A stretch of DNA of 63,810 bases, filler included, from Octopus bimaculoides (taxonomy: Eukaryota), in assembly GCF_001194135.2 (NCBI RefSeq). It is 7 parts of 7 records of this genome, joined end to end, with 100 filler letters (N's around TTAATTAATTAA, not from the genome) between each part and the next. Parts side by side here need not be neighbours in the genome. Positions count along the whole stretch, not along the records: positions 61,210 to 63,810 come from NW_026346546.1; 6 more parts are not named here. The stretch is one strand, 5' to 3'. Shown here in pieces: positions 61,210 through 63,810 of the stretch (position 1 is the first letter of the stretch; each line of letters opens with the position of its first letter). Below the pieces are notes generated by a model. The model made no database searches. It was not told the origin of the DNA and saw nothing but the letters and a program-made list of their open reading frames with translations. Both the position numbers and the translations under genes were made by a program.

Positions 61210-63810
61210 CTAATGTATGTACTACGTTCGTACGTACGTTCGTTCGTTCTTTTGTTCTTTCGTACGTACCTACGTTTGGACGTACGTTCGTTCGTTCATT
61301 TGTACGTTCGTTTGTTTGTTCGTTCGATTTTTCTTTCGTACGCAAGTGCGTACGTACGTTCGTTCGTCCTTTAGTTCATTCGTTCTTTTGTTCGTTCGTT
61401 TGTACCTACTTTCGGACGTACGTTCGTTCGTTCATTTGTACGTATGTACGCACATTCCTTCGTTCGCTCGATCGTACGTACGTACGTTTGTTTGTTCATT
61501 CGTTGGTTCATTTTTTCGTTCGTTCGTTCGTAGGTACGTACGTATGTACGTTCGTTTGTTTATTCGTGCGTACTTACTTAGGTACGTACTTACGTACGAT
61601 CGTTCGTACGTACTTATCTACGTACGTACGTTCGTTCGTTCGTTCGTACGTAGTTCGGTCGTTCGCACGTACGTACGCTCTATCGTTCCTACGTACTTAG
61701 GTTCCTACGTTCGTTCCTTCTTACGTATGAACGTACGTACAAACGTACCACCTTTTGTTCGTTGCTTCGTTCTTTCGTTCGTTCGTTTGTTCGTACGTGC
61801 GCATGTACGTACGCACACACGTACATACGCAGGTACGTACGTTCGAACGCACGTCGTACGCACATACGCACGTCATACGTACGTACGTTCGTTTGTTCGG
61901 TCGTTCATACGTACCTTCGATAGTTCTGTCGTTCTTTCGTTAGTTCATTCGTTCGTACGTACGTTAGTTCGCTCGATCGATTTTATCTTTGTCCGTACGT
62001 ACATAAGTACGTACGTTCGTTCGTTCGTCCGTTCATTCTAATGTACGTACTACGTTCTTACGTACGTTCGTTCGTTCTTTTGTTCGTTCGTACGTACCTA
62101 CGTTCGGACGTACGTTCGTTCGTTCGTTTGTACGTATGTACACACGTTTCTTCGTTCGCTCGATCGTACGTTCGTACGTTAGTTTGTTCATTCGTTGGTT
62201 CATTTTTGCGTTAGTTCTTTCGTTCGTAGGTACGTACGTATGTACGTTCGTTTGTTTATTCGTCCGTACTTACTTAGGTACGTACTTACGTACGATCGTT
62301 CGTTCGTTCGTACGTACTTATCTACGTTCGTACGTACGTACGTTCGTTCGTTCGTTCACACGTGCGTACGCTCGATCATTTGTACGTACTTACGTTCGTT
62401 CCTTCTTACGTATGAACGTACGTACAAACGTACCACCTTTACTTCGTTGCTTCGTTCTTTCGTACGTTCGTTTGTTCGGTCGTTCGTACGTACCATCGTT
62501 AGTTTTGTCGTTCTTTCGTTCTTTCGTTCATTCGTTCGTTCCTTCGTTCGTTCTTTGCACGTTCGTTCGTTCGTTCGCACGTACGTACGCTCTATTGTTC
62601 GTACGTACTTACGTTCCTACGTTCGTTCCTTCTTAGGTCTGAACGTACGTACAAACGTACCACCTTTTGTTCGTTGCTTCGGTCTTCGTTCGTTCGTTTG
62701 TTCGTACGTGCGCATGTACGTACGCACACACGCACGTACGTTCGTTCGTTCGGTCGTTCGTCCGTACCTTCGTTAATTCTGTCGTTCTTTCGTTAGTTCG
62801 TTCCTTCGTTTGTTCGTACGTACTTTAGTTCGTTCGATCGTTTTTTCCTTCGTCCGTACGTACATATGTAACTACGTACCTAAGTATGTACGCACGAATA
62901 AACAAACGAACGTACCTACGAACATGCCTACGAATGAACGAACGAACTAACGAAAAAATGAACCAACGAATGAACAAACAAACGTACCTACGTACAAACG
63001 ACCGAACGAACGTAGTACGTACATTAGACTAAACGGACGAACGTATGCATTTGCGTTCGAAAGAACGATTGAACGTACAAACAAACGAACGTACGTACGG
63101 AACGAACGAACGAAGGAACGTACGTACGAACGAACAAAAGAACGAACTTACAAAAGAACAAACTAACAAAAGAACGTAAGAACGGAGTACGTACATTAGA
63201 ATGAAGGAACAAACGAACGAACAAACGTACGTTCGAACGTAGGTACGTAAGAACGAACAAAAGAAAGAACGAACGTAGTACGTACGTTTAAATGAACGAA
63301 CGAACGAACGTACGAAAGAAAGATCGAACGAACAATCAAACAAACGTACGTACGAACGAATGCACATCGTACGCACGTTCGTTTGTTCGGTCGTTCGTAC
63401 GTACTTTCGTTAGTTCTTTCGTTCTTTCGTTAGTTCGTTCGTTCGTTAGCTCGTTCGATCGTTTTTTTCTTCGTACGTACGTACATAAGTACGTACGTTC
63501 TTTCATTCGTTCGTTCTTTGCACGTTCGTTCGTTCGTTCGCACGTACGTACGCTCTATCGTTCGTACGTACTTACGTTCCAACGTTCGTACCTTCTTACG
63601 TCTGAACGTACGTACAAACGTACCACCTTTTGTTCGTTGCTTCGTTCTTTCGTTCGTTCGTTTGTTCGTACGTGCGCATGTACGTACGCACACACGCACG
63701 TACAAAGGTACGTACGTTCGTACGCAGGTACGTACGTTCGTACGCACCGCACATACGCATATACGCACGTCATACGTACGTACGTTCGTTTGTTCGGTCG
63801 TTCGTACGTA
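61210..63810. repeat. CpG-rich complex satellite built from CGTA/CGTT tetramers, with a ~830-bp higher-order unit and an inverted block
   Basis: Unit start CTAATGTA(T/C)GTACTACG at 61210 and about 62038. The landmark ACAAACGTACCACCTTTT occurs 4 times. The block at about 62820-63360 is in the opposite orientation. Confidence 0.95.

Noticed and set aside
61217-63773. Long R/S/F/V/T/Y-rich ORFs in the terminal satellite
   Set aside because: Stop-free only because CGTA/CGTT repeats rarely make stop codons.

Overview
AT-rich, microsatellite-dense eukaryotic DNA with many N gaps. By inference from the SINE families and (TA)n/(CA)n/(GATA)n density it is most likely cephalopod (octopus). It is not one contiguous locus: six identical 100-bp linkers (44 N + TTAATTAATTAA + 44 N) join seven separate pieces. 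Almost all ORFs in the supplied track are microsatellite or N-run artefacts. Real coding signal is mostly transposon relics: a Tc1-like DD36E element, two or three DD34D mariners, a maT-like element, a Tol2-like hAT, piggyBac- and pogo-like MITEs, a Helitron-like 5' end, Tx1/RTE/R4/HERO non-LTR fragments, a Penelope-like RT+GIY-YIG ORF and many tRNA-derived SINEs. There is one probable host exon (14809-15449) and a few weak exon candidates. Main hunt results: (1) about eight minimal hammerhead-ribozyme (HHR) motifs, including a tRNA-headed, HHR-tailed element in a fold-back arrangement and a candidate with a swapped G3:C8 core; (2) a CpG-decay domain at about 15.7-26.3 kb that looks like a fossil footprint of gene-body methylation; (3) a circularly permuted tRNA-like monomer; (4) a CpG-rich higher-order satellite with an internal inversion. 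All structure and family calls were made by eye, with no searches run.
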